DNA of 64,000 nt from a virus (IMGVR_UViG_3300027365_000008); one strand, 5' to 3'; shown: positions 28,711-39,049, counted from the stretch's first letter. Translations and numbers: made by a program. The notes: generated by a model not told the origin, from the letters alone.

Positions 28711-29724
28711 ATGGCAGACATTACCAATCGACCGTTGTTCAATACTGCCGGGGATGATTCCCCGGCGTCTCAGAGCCTCATCGGTGCCAACCCGACTGGG
28801 ATTCTGAATCTGGACGAGTGTCGTTATGCATGGGTCAATCCCATGTATCGCAAGATGATGGGGAACTTCTGGATTCCCGAGAAGGTTGACATGACATCGG
28901 ATCGGGTTAATCGTTCTCACCTGACGGACGATGAGGATGCCAGTGTCCGGGCTACCCTTTCGTTCCTGATCTATCTGGATAGCGTTCAGGTTTCCAATCT
29001 GGACAACATTGCGTCATACATTACCAATGCGGGGGTATCGAATCTTCTGAAGGTTCAAGACTTCCAAGAAGTCGTTCATACGATGTCCTATCAGTACATC
29101 CTTCAGAACATCTACCCGCACTTTGAACGTCAGGAGATTTACAACCTGTGGCGCACTAATCCAATTCTGCGTAAGCGGAATGAGTTCATTGCGTCGATCT
29201 ATCAGAGGTTCATCGATGACCAGACCCTTGACAACTTCAAGCGGGTCATCGTGGCTAACCTGCTGCTGGAAGGTATCTATTTCTATCAGGGATTCAACTT
29301 CTTCGAACAGCTTGCCAGTCGTAATAAGCTGGTTGAAACCAACAAGGTGATTCAGTACATCAAGACGGATGAGAACACCCACCTTGCGCTGTTTATCAAC
29401 ATCATCAATGAAGGGGAAATCGTTGATGTGAAAAAGGATGCCGAGTGGATTTACGAGATGGTGGATGAAGCCGTTCGTCAGGAAGTAGAGTGGTCCCACT
29501 ACACCTATGGCAACCGTATCATGGGTATCACCGAGAACTCGTCGGAAACCTATATCAAGTGGCTGGGCAACAATCGTCTCCGTGCGATTAAACTCAATCC
29601 GCTCTACGAGAATGTCAGCAACCCGTATCAGCACCTCGACGGTGCCAAGGAAGCCAACTTCTTTGAAACTACGGTGACTGAGTATAGTCGTTCTGAATCT
29701 ATTGATGGTTGGGAGGATTTCTAA
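28711..29724 (+). CDS. nrdB: ribonucleotide reductase beta subunit NrdB
   Basis: Ferritin-like di-iron/tyrosyl radical protein (EEAVH..SY, E..H motifs); 337 aa directly after nrdA. Confidence 0.8.
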   Translation: MADITNRPLFNTAGDDSPASQSLIGANPTGILNLDECRYAWVNPMYRKMMGNFWIPEKVDMTSDRVNRSHLTDDEDASVRATLSFLIYLDSVQVSNLDNIASYITNAGVSNLLKVQDFQEVVHTMSYQYILQNIYPHFERQEIYNLWRTNPILRKRNEFIASIYQRFIDDQTLDNFKRVIVANLLLEGIYFYQGFNFFEQLASRNKLVETNKVIQYIKTDENTHLALFINIINEGEIVDVKKDAEWIYEMVDEAVRQEVEWSHYTYGNRIMGITENSSETYIKWLGNNRLRAIKLNPLYENVSNPYQHLDGAKEANFFETTVTEYSRSESIDGWEDF

Positions 29725-29955
29725 TTGGAAAAGTTCATCATCTATTCAAAGGAAACGTGTTCCTTTTGTCGGCGTGCCAAGGAACTGTTGGATAGTGTGG
29801 GGTTGGAATACGAAGAACGCAATCTGGTTGACTTCCCTGATATGCATCGGTATTTCGTGGAAAGTGGGTTCCGAACGGTCCCCCAAATCTACTACAAGGA
29901 TGACCATATCGGCGGGTACACCGACCTTGAGCAATACCTTCTCGATGTGATGTAA
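29725..29955 (+). CDS. glutaredoxin (NrdH/Grx-like)
   Basis: CSFC active site, TVPQIY, GG.TDL; TTG start overlaps the nrdB stop. Confidence 0.7.
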   Translation: MEKFIIYSKETCSFCRRAKELLDSVGLEYEERNLVDFPDMHRYFVESGFRTVPQIYYKDDHIGGYTDLEQYLLDVM

Positions 29956-29961
29956 AGACTG

Positions 29962-29990
29962 AACCCCGGACACCGATCCGGGGTTTTCAT
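29962..29990 (+). terminator. rho-independent terminator
   Basis: aaccccgga-caccga-tccggggtt followed by tttcattt. Confidence 0.7.
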
Positions 29991-30018
29991 TTACTGATCA
30001 TCATGATACGATGAATCG

Positions 30019-30345
30019 TTGATAGACATAGTGAGGCGAGTGATGAAGGATGTTGATTTGATGGGTATTGATTTGATGGATGAATTGGTAAGCAAACAGA
30101 TCGATATCATTCAGGTTGAATTTGATCAGATGCTAGAATACACCGAAAGGAGCGGCATCCTAAAAGACACACAGTATGGTAATAAGGAATCCGTGTTAGA
30201 ACACATCGTATATGTTTACCGATGGATAGCGTCTGGTGGTATTGATAACAGGAATCACCATGCGTCCGAAGAACTGATTTCTAATCTATCCGAGTGCGAT
30301 ACGGTAGAAAATGTCCTCGATATGCTCAAGATGGAGTCGCTGTGA
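30019..30345 (+). CDS. hypothetical protein
   Basis: ORF. Confidence 0.4.
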   Translation: MIDIVRRVMKDVDLMGIDLMDELVSKQIDIIQVEFDQMLEYTERSGILKDTQYGNKESVLEHIVYVYRWIASGGIDNRNHHASEELISNLSECDTVENVLDMLKMESL

Positions 30346-31076
30346 TGAGTGATACGTTTGGATTGCCCTATGATGCGTTTGATAAGATTAAATCCTGTAT
30401 GGACATCATTGATGTGTTCCGTTCTTGTTGTGCTGAACGCTTCAAATTGGATTTGGACAAGTGCTTTGTCCTGTTTGATAGTTCTATGGATGTGGCGATG
30501 GGTAACGTCAACCTCGATTCTCAGGATGAGTATAACCGTATCGGATTGAGTCTATCATTCGTGATTGCTGTTCCTAATCTGTTATGGAATGGTAATCAGC
30601 ATAACGAAGACTATGATGCTGAAGATATGAACAGCAATGGAGATAAGGTAAGAATCTATTGTGACGTGTCTCACATGGTGGACAATATCAATTGCCCAAA
30701 GTCTGACAATTTCGATTTCCTCCATGTGGGTGGAGATATTACTTTCGAATCGAAGGACCGAGATAAGATCAATAGCATCCATGCAATCATGTGTGATTTG
30801 GATAACGACTATGCCGATTTCAATTCTGATCTGGCAGTCCACATAGAACACACGCTTGAAAGGGAATACGATAAGTCTTCTTACTCAAAAACCTACCAGC
30901 GTGCAGATGAGATCAATCGTTCTTTCATGACGGTCCAAAGTCGTCTGCACAATTGGTTCAACAAGATTTCTTATTACATAGAAATGGATATCGAAGAGGA
31001 TGTGGCGAATGACTTGATTCGTGAAGGACGAATGGATAGACTCGGAGGGCTACTGGAGGAACGGTTTCATGAGTGA
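30346..31076 (+). CDS. hypothetical protein
   Basis: ORF; start placed at the ATG overlapping the upstream stop. Confidence 0.4.
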
Positions 31077-31166
31077 GCAATCCAAATCAGTCATGTTGTC
31101 GATTCTTCTTATCTATGGAATCGAATACGCGCTGATGATACATCCAACCCAACTCGCACTAGGAGG

Positions 31167-31490
31167 ATGAAAATGGCGACCTATATGGGCGACTTTAACA
31201 ATGGCTACCGGACCGTCATTGATACTTATCGAACAAATCGAAAGTGGGGGACCACAATAACTGATCGTTCAATATCACCATTCACACCAGAAGATATCAC
31301 AATAGAAACCAAACTCGCTGTTAAGATCAAGAATGGCGAGATTAAGTCTTTAGAAATGGATCGTGCCATGGAACGTAAAGTGATTACGGTTCTAATCGAA
31401 TCCGAAAAGGACGAATCCACCAAAGACGCAATATACGATTGTACCACCATCAACCAAGCCATCGAAATTTACCGATTAAAAAGTCTTTGA
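31167..31490 (+). CDS. hypothetical protein
   Basis: ORF with RBS aggagga. Confidence 0.45.
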   Translation: MKMATYMGDFNNGYRTVIDTYRTNRKWGTTITDRSISPFTPEDITIETKLAVKIKNGEIKSLEMDRAMERKVITVLIESEKDESTKDAIYDCTTINQAIEIYRLKSL

Positions 31491-31559
31491 CGCTGTAAGT
31501 AATCTTCGATAGACTGGGTTCACACATCAACAATCAATCCCACCACAAAGGAAGCAATC

Positions 31560-32501
31560 ATGAAGAAAGCATTCAAACGTATCGGGTACGCTGTCGGTAT
31601 CGCCTCTCTCGGTCTGTTTCTCTCTGGATGCGGTGATCGTGTCACGGTACCTCCCGTCAATGTCGGCAAGGTAATGGACACTGATGGTTACAAGGAAGGC
31701 ATCATCCCAACCAGCACTTTCCGGCTAGATGCCTGCTGGTGGCCCGGAGCCGTGTGTCAAAAACTGGTGCTTCTTGACATCTCTGATTTCAAGAAGACAG
31801 AGCATTTCAAGCTGTTCATGCCCAAGGACAAACTTGAAATGGATTTCACCGTCAACCTGACACTGGCACCTAAGCCGGGAGAACGCGACAAGCTGTTTGG
31901 ATTGCTCAGTCCGATGCAACATGGGAAGGAAAACTATAGCATCTCCAATGAGCAAGGATACAGTACCTATGTTCAGCCGGTTGTGTCTCGGGAAGCCCGC
32001 GATTTCATGAGCAAATTTTCAATCATGGAGATTGCCAACAACCGAGAAGCCATTTCGAACAAACTGGCAGACCGTCTCACGGAAGTGATCTCGAAACGCA
32101 CACCGTACATGGCTAAGATGGTTGATTTGGCAGAAACCAACTACCCTGACATCATCACCAAGGCCCAACAGAAAGCCGCCGAACGGCGTGAACAAATCCA
32201 ACAGGTCGAAGCCGAAAAACAAATCAATCGGGTCCGCATGGAAAAGGATTTGGAACTCGCCCAGAAGCAACGCAAGATTGATGTTGAGAAGGCCCAAGCC
32301 GAAGCCAAAGTCAACAAGATTCTGGCAGAGAGTATGACCCCGGCTTACAAGGAATATCGGATGCTCAATGCGCTCGACAAGATGGCGGAATCTGATAACA
32401 CCAAGTTCATTCCGGTCGGTATGCTGGATAGCATGGCAGCCCAAACGATGGTCGGAACCGACGACATGAAGTATGACCTCTCGAAGTCCAACCTGAAATA
32501 A
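31560..32501 (+). CDS. lipoprotein with an SPFH (band-7/prohibitin/HflK-like) domain
   Basis: Signal peptide plus lipobox LSGC; SPFH-like core followed by a long AEQ-rich coiled coil (EQIQQVEAEKQINRVRMEKDLELAQKQRKIDVEKAQAEAKV). Confidence 0.55.
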   Translation: MKKAFKRIGYAVGIASLGLFLSGCGDRVTVPPVNVGKVMDTDGYKEGIIPTSTFRLDACWWPGAVCQKLVLLDISDFKKTEHFKLFMPKDKLEMDFTVNLTLAPKPGERDKLFGLLSPMQHGKENYSISNEQGYSTYVQPVVSREARDFMSKFSIMEIANNREAISNKLADRLTEVISKRTPYMAKMVDLAETNYPDIITKAQQKAAERREQIQQVEAEKQINRVRMEKDLELAQKQRKIDVEKAQAEAKVNKILAESMTPAYKEYRMLNALDKMAESDNTKFIPVGMLDSMAAQTMVGTDDMKYDLSKSNLK

Positions 32502-32521
32502 CACTCACCAAACCAAAATAA

Positions 32522-32541
32522 GAGGGGCCAATTGGCCCCTC
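32522..32541. terminator. perfect palindromic hairpin (intergenic; likely a bidirectional terminator)
   Basis: gaggggccaattggcccctc; an identical copy lies at 54666-54685. Confidence 0.5.
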
Positions 32542-32563
32542 AGTTATAACAGGAGAACTGAAA

Positions 32564-32992
32564 ATGCAAGTCTATTTCTACAATGTCATGATGGCGTTTG
32601 TTACCAACTACGGTATGGTCATCGTCGCAATTCTGGCGCTGATGACTCTGATCTGGTTAATTTTCAGCTACCACATGAAGACCGCTTCGCCCGAAGCCAA
32701 GTTTAACATGAGTCAGAATCGTAAAGGTCTGATGAAATGCTTCGGGTATCTCATCGCAATTGTAGTGGTAGCAGGGGGCATTCTCACTACCACGGACGCG
32801 AAATACACCTACAAGAATGAAGCTGGACCCACACCACAGGAAATTCGTTACAAACAGGATTCTTACCAGTATGAAATGAAGAGCAATGCTAAGGAAGCTG
32901 GACCCATTACCCTCGATGGTGCCCAACTGCCCGAATCCAACGAATCCCGTAAAGCACGGATTGATAAACTCCTTGATTGGAAGGACGACTGA
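32564..32992 (+). CDS. membrane protein
   Basis: Two N-terminal TM helices. Confidence 0.45.
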   Translation: MQVYFYNVMMAFVTNYGMVIVAILALMTLIWLIFSYHMKTASPEAKFNMSQNRKGLMKCFGYLIAIVVVAGGILTTTDAKYTYKNEAGPTPQEIRYKQDSYQYEMKSNAKEAGPITLDGAQLPESNESRKARIDKLLDWKDD

Positions 32993-33448
32993 ATGAATCA
33001 GAAACGAAACGATACCACCTTCATGAACGCCGCATTGGGATTGGCACAAGACTCCCACTGCGTATCGAAACAGGTTGGCTGCGTTATCGTGGCCAACAAT
33101 AGGATTGTAAGTAGTGGTGTAAATGGAACCCCTGTGGGGTATCATTTCAACTGTGATGATCTCTTCTCGAAGGCAGAGTTTGATCGAGAGGAACACCACC
33201 AATGGAGCCTTGTGCATGAACTGCACGCGGAAACCAATGCCTTCATGGGGCTGGTAGGGGCTGGTGTATCGGTAAACCATGCTACCTTGTACGTCACCCT
33301 ACAGCCCTGCACTAGCTGCGCCACCATGATCGTGGCATCGGGTATCATCTCGCGTGTTGTGTATCACACGGCATATGACAAAGGATCGGCAAAATCTCTT
33401 GCCTTTTTAAAAGAAAACGGTATCATTGTTGAGCAGTTCGATCACTGA
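32993..33448 (+). CDS. dCMP deaminase (cytidine/deoxycytidylate deaminase family)
   Basis: HAETNA and PCTSCA zinc-binding motifs. Confidence 0.8.
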   Translation: MNQKRNDTTFMNAALGLAQDSHCVSKQVGCVIVANNRIVSSGVNGTPVGYHFNCDDLFSKAEFDREEHHQWSLVHELHAETNAFMGLVGAGVSVNHATLYVTLQPCTSCATMIVASGIISRVVYHTAYDKGSAKSLAFLKENGIIVEQFDH

Positions 33449-33475
33449 CCCACACCCAAAGGAGTATAGAAACTG

Positions 33476-34192
33476 ATGGATATCATCAATCTGAAAGAAG
33501 TCCTGCAAGAAATCGACAAGGTTGGCATCACCGAGTGTGTCATCGAACCGGGGGATGAAGACGGCAAGACGCGCATTCGTGGGGCATCTAAGGATACCTC
33601 CGTCATCATCTTCGACACCATCGATTCTGAACTCACTGAAGTTCCGATTGGAATCCAATCTGTCAAAGGTTTTCTGTCTCGTCTCAAACTGTTTGACGGG
33701 GACAAGGCTTCTATCGCCCTGAAAAGTAACGACAAGTTTGCCGTGAACGCCACCATCAAACAGGGGCGTCGCCTAGCCAACTTCCGATTTGCGCCGCCGA
33801 ACACCCTGCAAGTGCCGGATGCCATGCCTGATTGTGAAGAACCGCCGTTCATCGAATTGGATGAGCAGTATGTGGATTTCCTTTCTACCGCCATCGCTTC
33901 GATGAGTTACACGGGTAGCAAAGAAGAACGCACGATCAGTATGAAAGTCAATGATGGCGATCTCGGTATCAACATTTTCGATGGCGAAGACGATTGCTTC
34001 GATGATGTGATGGAAGTCGAAGGTGTTACTGAGTTGCATAATGGTAGCTGGGAACTGGTTCCTTTCCATCTGGTCATGAAGCAATCACGTCTCTACAACG
34101 ATACCAAAGCCATCTTCACCATCAACGACTATGGCGTGGCGATCTTTAAGCTGGAAACGATCAAGGTGATGGTTTCCCCGATGATGGGATAA
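33476..34192 (+). CDS. sliding clamp (T4 gp45-like)
   Basis: Size 238 aa; local resemblance to T4 gp45 (ANFRFAPPNTLQVP versus TIFWPAADPSTVVAP); acidic; sits beside the gp32-like gene. Confidence 0.5.
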   Translation: MDIINLKEVLQEIDKVGITECVIEPGDEDGKTRIRGASKDTSVIIFDTIDSELTEVPIGIQSVKGFLSRLKLFDGDKASIALKSNDKFAVNATIKQGRRLANFRFAPPNTLQVPDAMPDCEEPPFIELDEQYVDFLSTAIASMSYTGSKEERTISMKVNDGDLGINIFDGEDDCFDDVMEVEGVTELHNGSWELVPFHLVMKQSRLYNDTKAIFTINDYGVAIFKLETIKVMVSPMMG

Positions 34193-34205
34193 TTTGGAAA
34201 AAGGG

Positions 34206-34233
34206 GTTGCAACTTTCCAAAGAATCGGTAGAA
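34206..34233 (+). promoter_or_regulatory. sigma70-like promoter upstream of ssb
   Basis: TTGCAA, a 16-nt spacer, then TAGAAT. Confidence 0.4.
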
Positions 34234-34406
34234 TGGGTTTCAGATTGAAGGGAGAGGAAACGATGTAACAGCAAGACATGATCAATCGGCAAACTAACCA
34301 TCTTAGAAGTGTATAAATACGTTTGTCTTACGAGACACTAAAGAAAATCTAAGGCAAACGTAACGTAAACCAAAGTTATTCAACGGAAATCAAAAGGTAA
34401 TCTCAA

Positions 34407-35369
34407 ATGGGTATCAAAAAACTGAATCTCGGCGTTAAGAAAGGTCTGAAGAAAGAAATCGAGCGTGAAAGCAACGGTGGTCGTGACACCCGCTTCCTGA
34501 ACTATTTCGATCTGAAAGACGGCGAGAAGATGAAGATCATGTTCCTTCCTGATGCCAATGGCAACTTCTGGGCGAAGTTCCATAAGCACGGCCCCAACCT
34601 GCGGGTTCCGGGTCTGGAAGGTATCTCCTGCCCCTACAAGTCCCAGCGTCAGACGTGCCCGGCATGTCAGAAAGGATTCGAACTGCTGAACGAATCCAAA
34701 GAAGCCGGCGGTGAATCCACCGGACGAGGCAAGGCACTCAAGGAAGAAGCCAAAAAGTGGTTCGCCAAGGACTACACCATGGTTCAAGTTCTGGTGCTGG
34801 AATCACCTTGCGAAATCGCACAATCTGACGATGGTAACGAAGTCAAGCTGATGTATCTTCCGTTTGCCGTCGAGAAGATCATCAAGAACACTCTGACCGA
34901 AGGTATTCTGGAAGAGGACGAAATCTGTCAGACTCCGTTCTACATCAAGAAGACGATGAATCAGGGTGGTCAGGCATCGTATTCTGATAGTTACTTCGAT
35001 CTGCGTCACGAGATCACCGAAGACGATCTGGCTTATTTCGATGATCTCAAGGTTGAACAGTACGATTACGACAACCTCGATGTGATTCCGGGTGACGTGT
35101 CTACCGAAGAAGTGGAAGCATGGCTCGTGAAGGCCGAAGAAGCTGTCGCCAAGAAGAATGAAAGCAATGATGGTAACAAGGGTGGGGGTAACACTCGGGA
35201 CCGTGTTAGCGACCGTCTGGGGCGTTCTAAGGTCAAAGAAGAGGAAACCCAACCGGCTGAAGACGCTGAAGACGCTGAAGAAGGCAATCAGGAACCGGAA
35301 GAAGAGAAATCAGAATCCACCGCATCACGGGGTGCCAGCCTCCGTGATCGCCTGAACCGCAAGCGTTAA
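34407..35369 (+). CDS. single-stranded DNA-binding protein (T4 gp32-like)
   Basis: IMFLPDANGNFWAKFHKHG resembles the gp32 core; Cys cluster CPYKSQRQTCPACQ (zinc site); very acidic C-terminal tail. Confidence 0.7.
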   Translation: MGIKKLNLGVKKGLKKEIERESNGGRDTRFLNYFDLKDGEKMKIMFLPDANGNFWAKFHKHGPNLRVPGLEGISCPYKSQRQTCPACQKGFELLNESKEAGGESTGRGKALKEEAKKWFAKDYTMVQVLVLESPCEIAQSDDGNEVKLMYLPFAVEKIIKNTLTEGILEEDEICQTPFYIKKTMNQGGQASYSDSYFDLRHEITEDDLAYFDDLKVEQYDYDNLDVIPGDVSTEEVEAWLVKAEEAVAKKNESNDGNKGGGNTRDRVSDRLGRSKVKEEETQPAEDAEDAEEGNQEPEEEKSESTASRGASLRDRLNRKR

Positions 35370-35383
35370 TCCTACCTAAACAG

Positions 35384-35410
35384 GCGGGGCTTAAACGCCC
35401 CGCTTTCTTA
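35384..35410 (+). terminator. rho-independent terminator
   Basis: gcggggc-ttaaac-gccccgc followed by tttctt. Confidence 0.7.
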
Positions 35411-35427
35411 TCAACAAAGGAGATTCT

Positions 35428-35889
35428 ATGACCGAACGCCTTTTCTATCGCCACTACCATATGCCCGAGGTCGAAAGCAAGTCTCTGACCTTCGCAATCA
35501 TGGTGGACTCGGCAGACCCTAATCGATTTACCTTCGCTTGGTCAATGTGCCAACCGGAAGACAACTTCTCACGCAAGACAGGACGTGAAATCGCTAGTAA
35601 TCGGTTTGCATCAGGAGACAAACTAACCGGTATCAGAAACCACAATCGTCCACTGATTCAAGACATCCTCGATACCATCACTGATTACATGGAGCGGGAT
35701 TATGATCTTCTCGGGGAAATTAACCCATTCCATATGGAAACGGTAGATGCTCTTGAGTATTACCACCGGCTGGAAGAGATTGCTCACGATCTAAACGACA
35801 CGCTATATCGAGTTTCACTGCCTTGGCACAAACGTATTATGCTTTGGTTCTTTGAGAAAACCTTCGTCGCAAAACTACTTGGCTGGTAA
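35428..35889 (+). CDS. hypothetical protein
   Basis: ORF with RBS aaaggag. Confidence 0.45.
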   Translation: MTERLFYRHYHMPEVESKSLTFAIMVDSADPNRFTFAWSMCQPEDNFSRKTGREIASNRFASGDKLTGIRNHNRPLIQDILDTITDYMERDYDLLGEINPFHMETVDALEYYHRLEEIAHDLNDTLYRVSLPWHKRIMLWFFEKTFVAKLLGW

Positions 35890-35893
35890 TCCA

Positions 35894-36073
35894 ATGTCCA
35901 TGTACGTGTATCGCAATATCGGCGGTGAGACGTTCCGATGGGATGCTTCAACCAACATCCTCTCACGGCAATACGGAAACGAGTTCATCGCTATCGATGT
36001 GATTGAAACAGTAACTGAACTTAACGAACGAATTGAATCTGAACTGAAAAAGGAGCAAGTCTATGAACACTGA
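35894..36073 (+). CDS. hypothetical small protein
   Basis: ORF. Confidence 0.3.
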   Translation: MSMYVYRNIGGETFRWDASTNILSRQYGNEFIAIDVIETVTELNERIESELKKEQVYEH

Positions 36074-36350
36074 AAACGGTATGTCCAAAATCGTCCCCCT
36101 GTCTGATGTCACCGATCAAGATGCCCTGCTGCTGATTCGCCGCAATGAAGACGGTTCGGTAACCATGCACATGGCATCGAATGATCCCGATCAGGTTGAT
36201 GCAACTGCGTATCTTCTCACGACAGCTATCATCACTGCCAGCACCAAGAACATCGAACTCATCGAGTCCGAGTATGCGGCACTGGTGCAGATGGTTAACG
36301 AAGCGGCAGAGAAAGAAGAAAGTGGCGCTTCTGATGAGTCTGGTGTATAA
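36063..36350 (+). CDS. hypothetical acidic protein
   Basis: ORF. Confidence 0.4.
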   Translation: MNTENGMSKIVPLSDVTDQDALLLIRRNEDGSVTMHMASNDPDQVDATAYLLTTAIITASTKNIELIESEYAALVQMVNEAAEKEESGASDESGV

Positions 36351-36400
36351 TGAAATGGACCTCATTGAACGAGGTCCATAGCAGTCCAACTCAGCGCCTT

Positions 36401-36427
36401 CGCCCCGCAATTAGCGGGGCTTTTTTA
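36401..36427 (+). terminator. rho-independent terminator
   Basis: cgccccgc-aatta-gcggggc followed by tttttt. Confidence 0.75.
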
Positions 36428-36474
36428 TGACCACGATTCCTGTTCTAAATAGAATAGATACGACAAGAACAGGA

Positions 36475-36924
36475 ATGCATGTTATGCCAAGAAACTATTG
36501 CCAAGGGGTTTACGAGATACAGAATTGGGATAAGTACATGGGGACCAAGAATCCCACCTATCGATCCAGTTGGGAACGAGACTTCTTCACTTGGGCGGAT
36601 CGTTCACCTGCTGTGATTGAATGGGGATCAGAAATCATAGTGGTTCCTTATTGGTGCAAGGTGAAACAAAAGAAACGTAGGTATATGGTAGATATTCTCA
36701 TCAAGTATAAGAATCGGTATGGGGATATCAAGACTGAGATCGTGGAGATTAAGCCTGCAAGCCAAGTATGCGCTCCTAAGAAGGGAAGGAAGAAACCATC
36801 CACTTACCTCGAAGAACAATTGACATGGCAAGTGAATGTTTCCAAATGGGAAGCGGCTACCAAGTATGCCGAGGAAAGAGGATGGAGGTTTCGTATAATG
36901 ACTGAAAACGAAATGTATAAGTGA
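36475..36924 (+). CDS. hypothetical protein with a PD-(D/E)XK nuclease-like motif
   Basis: VDILIKY...TEIVEIKP (D...ExK); start uncertain (36427 or 36475). Confidence 0.35.
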   Translation: MHVMPRNYCQGVYEIQNWDKYMGTKNPTYRSSWERDFFTWADRSPAVIEWGSEIIVVPYWCKVKQKKRRYMVDILIKYKNRYGDIKTEIVEIKPASQVCAPKKGRKKPSTYLEEQLTWQVNVSKWEAATKYAEERGWRFRIMTENEMYK

Positions 36925-36936
36925 AGCCGTTCAGCT

Positions 36937-37497
36937 TCACTTGAGTTCTCCTGACTTCAGTAGTTCCGTATACCGATCCATGATGAGAAAATCGACATCA
37001 TTGTAATTGAGTGTCACGGTGATGGTATTCGGCTGTCCATCTTCCATCATGGCTTCACTGTGCGTGATCGATTCGATGATACAATCCCGAAGCACATAAC
37101 CTTCCGTCATCGCGTCACGGCTGTTGTAGAGGCTCACCATCACATCAAACCGATAGTGCCGATCCATGTCATCCCCGTTGATTTCTCCGATCCTATCCAA
37201 GCCCGCATTGGCTTGAGCAAAGACCTGTGCATACAGGAACATCGAGGTCAACCCTTCCTCATCATCTTGAAAGATGCAATCGACCGTCGAATAGCTTACC
37301 CTTCCATGGGAGGTAATGTTGGTTCGGCGGGTCTTGATGTCCTCGTTCTGGAAGGTGACCGTAGGACGGCTAATCGATTTCACCTGCTTACCGAGAAAGT
37401 TCCCTGCCAGTTCTTGCATCTTGAAAAACTGAACGTAAAAGTTATCACTCTTACGATTCTGATTAGCCCTATTGATCAGTTTGTCTTTATCTTCCAT
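36937..37497 (-). CDS. putative tail tube protein (T4 gp19-like)
   Basis: Size and C-terminal pattern (ITVTLNYNDVDF versus T4 gp19 FEVTLALDYWE); weak resemblance only. Confidence 0.4.
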   Translation of the reverse strand: MEDKDKLINRANQNRKSDNFYVQFFKMQELAGNFLGKQVKSISRPTVTFQNEDIKTRRTNITSHGRVSYSTVDCIFQDDEEGLTSMFLYAQVFAQANAGLDRIGEINGDDMDRHYRFDVMVSLYNSRDAMTEGYVLRDCIIESITHSEAMMEDGQPNTITVTLNYNDVDFLIMDRYTELLKSGELK

Positions 37498-38186
37498 TAC
37501 ACACTCCCATCAACAATAACAGACTCTTCCAATGGATCATTCGGTAGATCAGGGTCAAAGATGCGTTCCTTGATGATTTCTACCATCGGTGCATCAAGGT
37601 CCATCGGATAACGAAGGCGGATGGGGCATGAGAATGTTAGGCTCATCATTATCGTGCGACTATCTTGACCCATCGGATAATTGACTTGATCCTCAATCGA
37701 TTCCAATGCCAACTCAGTAATGTAATCCGAGTTGAATACACTGTTTGATGTTTGGAATGCGACACGCGGGTTAAAAACAAGTAGAATCTGTTCAAGAATC
37801 TCGAACATTTGTGTGGTGCTGGATGCATAGATGTCAAGGCGCGTCATAAGCGTCAGGGGCGGCCCCACAAGACGTTCTGCAACCTTCTTGGTACCATCCA
37901 CCGTCTCATAGGCCACGGCGTCTACATGGTGATGTGAACGCTTCCTAGAGGGATCGGGCTGGATGCTATCGACGCTCACCGAGAACATTGGCAACACTTG
38001 ATTCGACAGGCTATCGCGCTTGTTAAGCACGGTAGCGACGATGCGTGACATGTTGCCATAGCGAACGGGTACGGTACGGAAGTTGTTGTCGTCCATACGC
38101 ACCTGAAAGCCACTGAAGACACGCATGATCTGCCCAATGTAGGTCATGAATTGGGCGTCATATTGATAGGGATAAGGACTAGCCAT
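37497..38186 (-). CDS. putative virion (tail tube/baseplate-tube family) protein
   Basis: Co-transcribed upstream of the tube-like gene with overlapping stop/start. Confidence 0.3.
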   Translation of the reverse strand: MASPYPYQYDAQFMTYIGQIMRVFSGFQVRMDDNNFRTVPVRYGNMSRIVATVLNKRDSLSNQVLPMFSVSVDSIQPDPSRKRSHHHVDAVAYETVDGTKKVAERLVGPPLTLMTRLDIYASSTTQMFEILEQILLVFNPRVAFQTSNSVFNSDYITELALESIEDQVNYPMGQDSRTIMMSLTFSCPIRLRYPMDLDAPMVEIIKERIFDPDLPNDPLEESVIVDGSV

Positions 38187-38257
38187 GTGGTATACTCTCC
38201 ATTTACCTATCTATTTAGAACCCCTAACTACTAAATAGATGACAGCGAGGAATCTAT

Positions 38258-39049
38258 ATGTTTGAAGACCTGATTGAAGAAGAGATGGCATTCAGCAATG
38301 CATCCTATATGGATGTGACTGATCTCAGAGCCTTGTATTACAACCGGCGTGATCTGTTTGTATCGTTCACCGACCAAGGGGATTACTACATCGACCCTCA
38401 ATACAATGAACTGGATAGGCCCAATAGTATCGTTTGTTACCGGGTCGAGGATGTGGTTGGACGCAAGGTGGCAACGTCCTATTTCTATGCCAACGTCTTT
38501 CGCCTGAAGCTGTCTAATTCTTTGCAATGGATCGATAACATCAGGAAGTACAGTTGGCGGGCGCTCGATCTGGATGTGTTGTCCCTAGAATTGCTTGGTT
38601 ACACTGATCCGACCAATGTCAAGCGCGTGGCTGATAATGTCATGAAGATGACTACCATTCGCTCGCCTTTCGAGAAGCTATGGACGATCACCGAATACAT
38701 TGCAAAGGATGCAGGAGGGGATGACTATGCCTCGCTGTGGCGTAAACTCCTGCTTGATCTCGGGTATGGGGCCATCACTGATCCTACCAAGACGGGCATC
38801 CTGACGGGCGAGAAGAAACCGGTGACTATCTATTTGGATTTCGGGGCTAGGGAAGACTTGGATATCCTCAACATTCAGCGTTACCGTCAGGATCATCGTC
38901 AGCGAGTTAAACAACACATCGATCTGAAACTGAAACGTATGGCTAATTCTCGCAACCGAATTGCAAAGGTCAACCCGGATCAATATAAAAACTCGAAGAA
39001 AGGAGTTGACTTCGAAAAGATTATCACTAAGGCGACAGAGTATCTATGA
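38258..39049 (+). CDS. hypothetical protein (possibly structural)
   Basis: ORF. Confidence 0.4.
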   Translation: MFEDLIEEEMAFSNASYMDVTDLRALYYNRRDLFVSFTDQGDYYIDPQYNELDRPNSIVCYRVEDVVGRKVATSYFYANVFRLKLSNSLQWIDNIRKYSWRALDLDVLSLELLGYTDPTNVKRVADNVMKMTTIRSPFEKLWTITEYIAKDAGGDDYASLWRKLLLDLGYGAITDPTKTGILTGEKKPVTIYLDFGAREDLDILNIQRYRQDHRQRVKQHIDLKLKRMANSRNRIAKVNPDQYKNSKKGVDFEKIITKATEYL

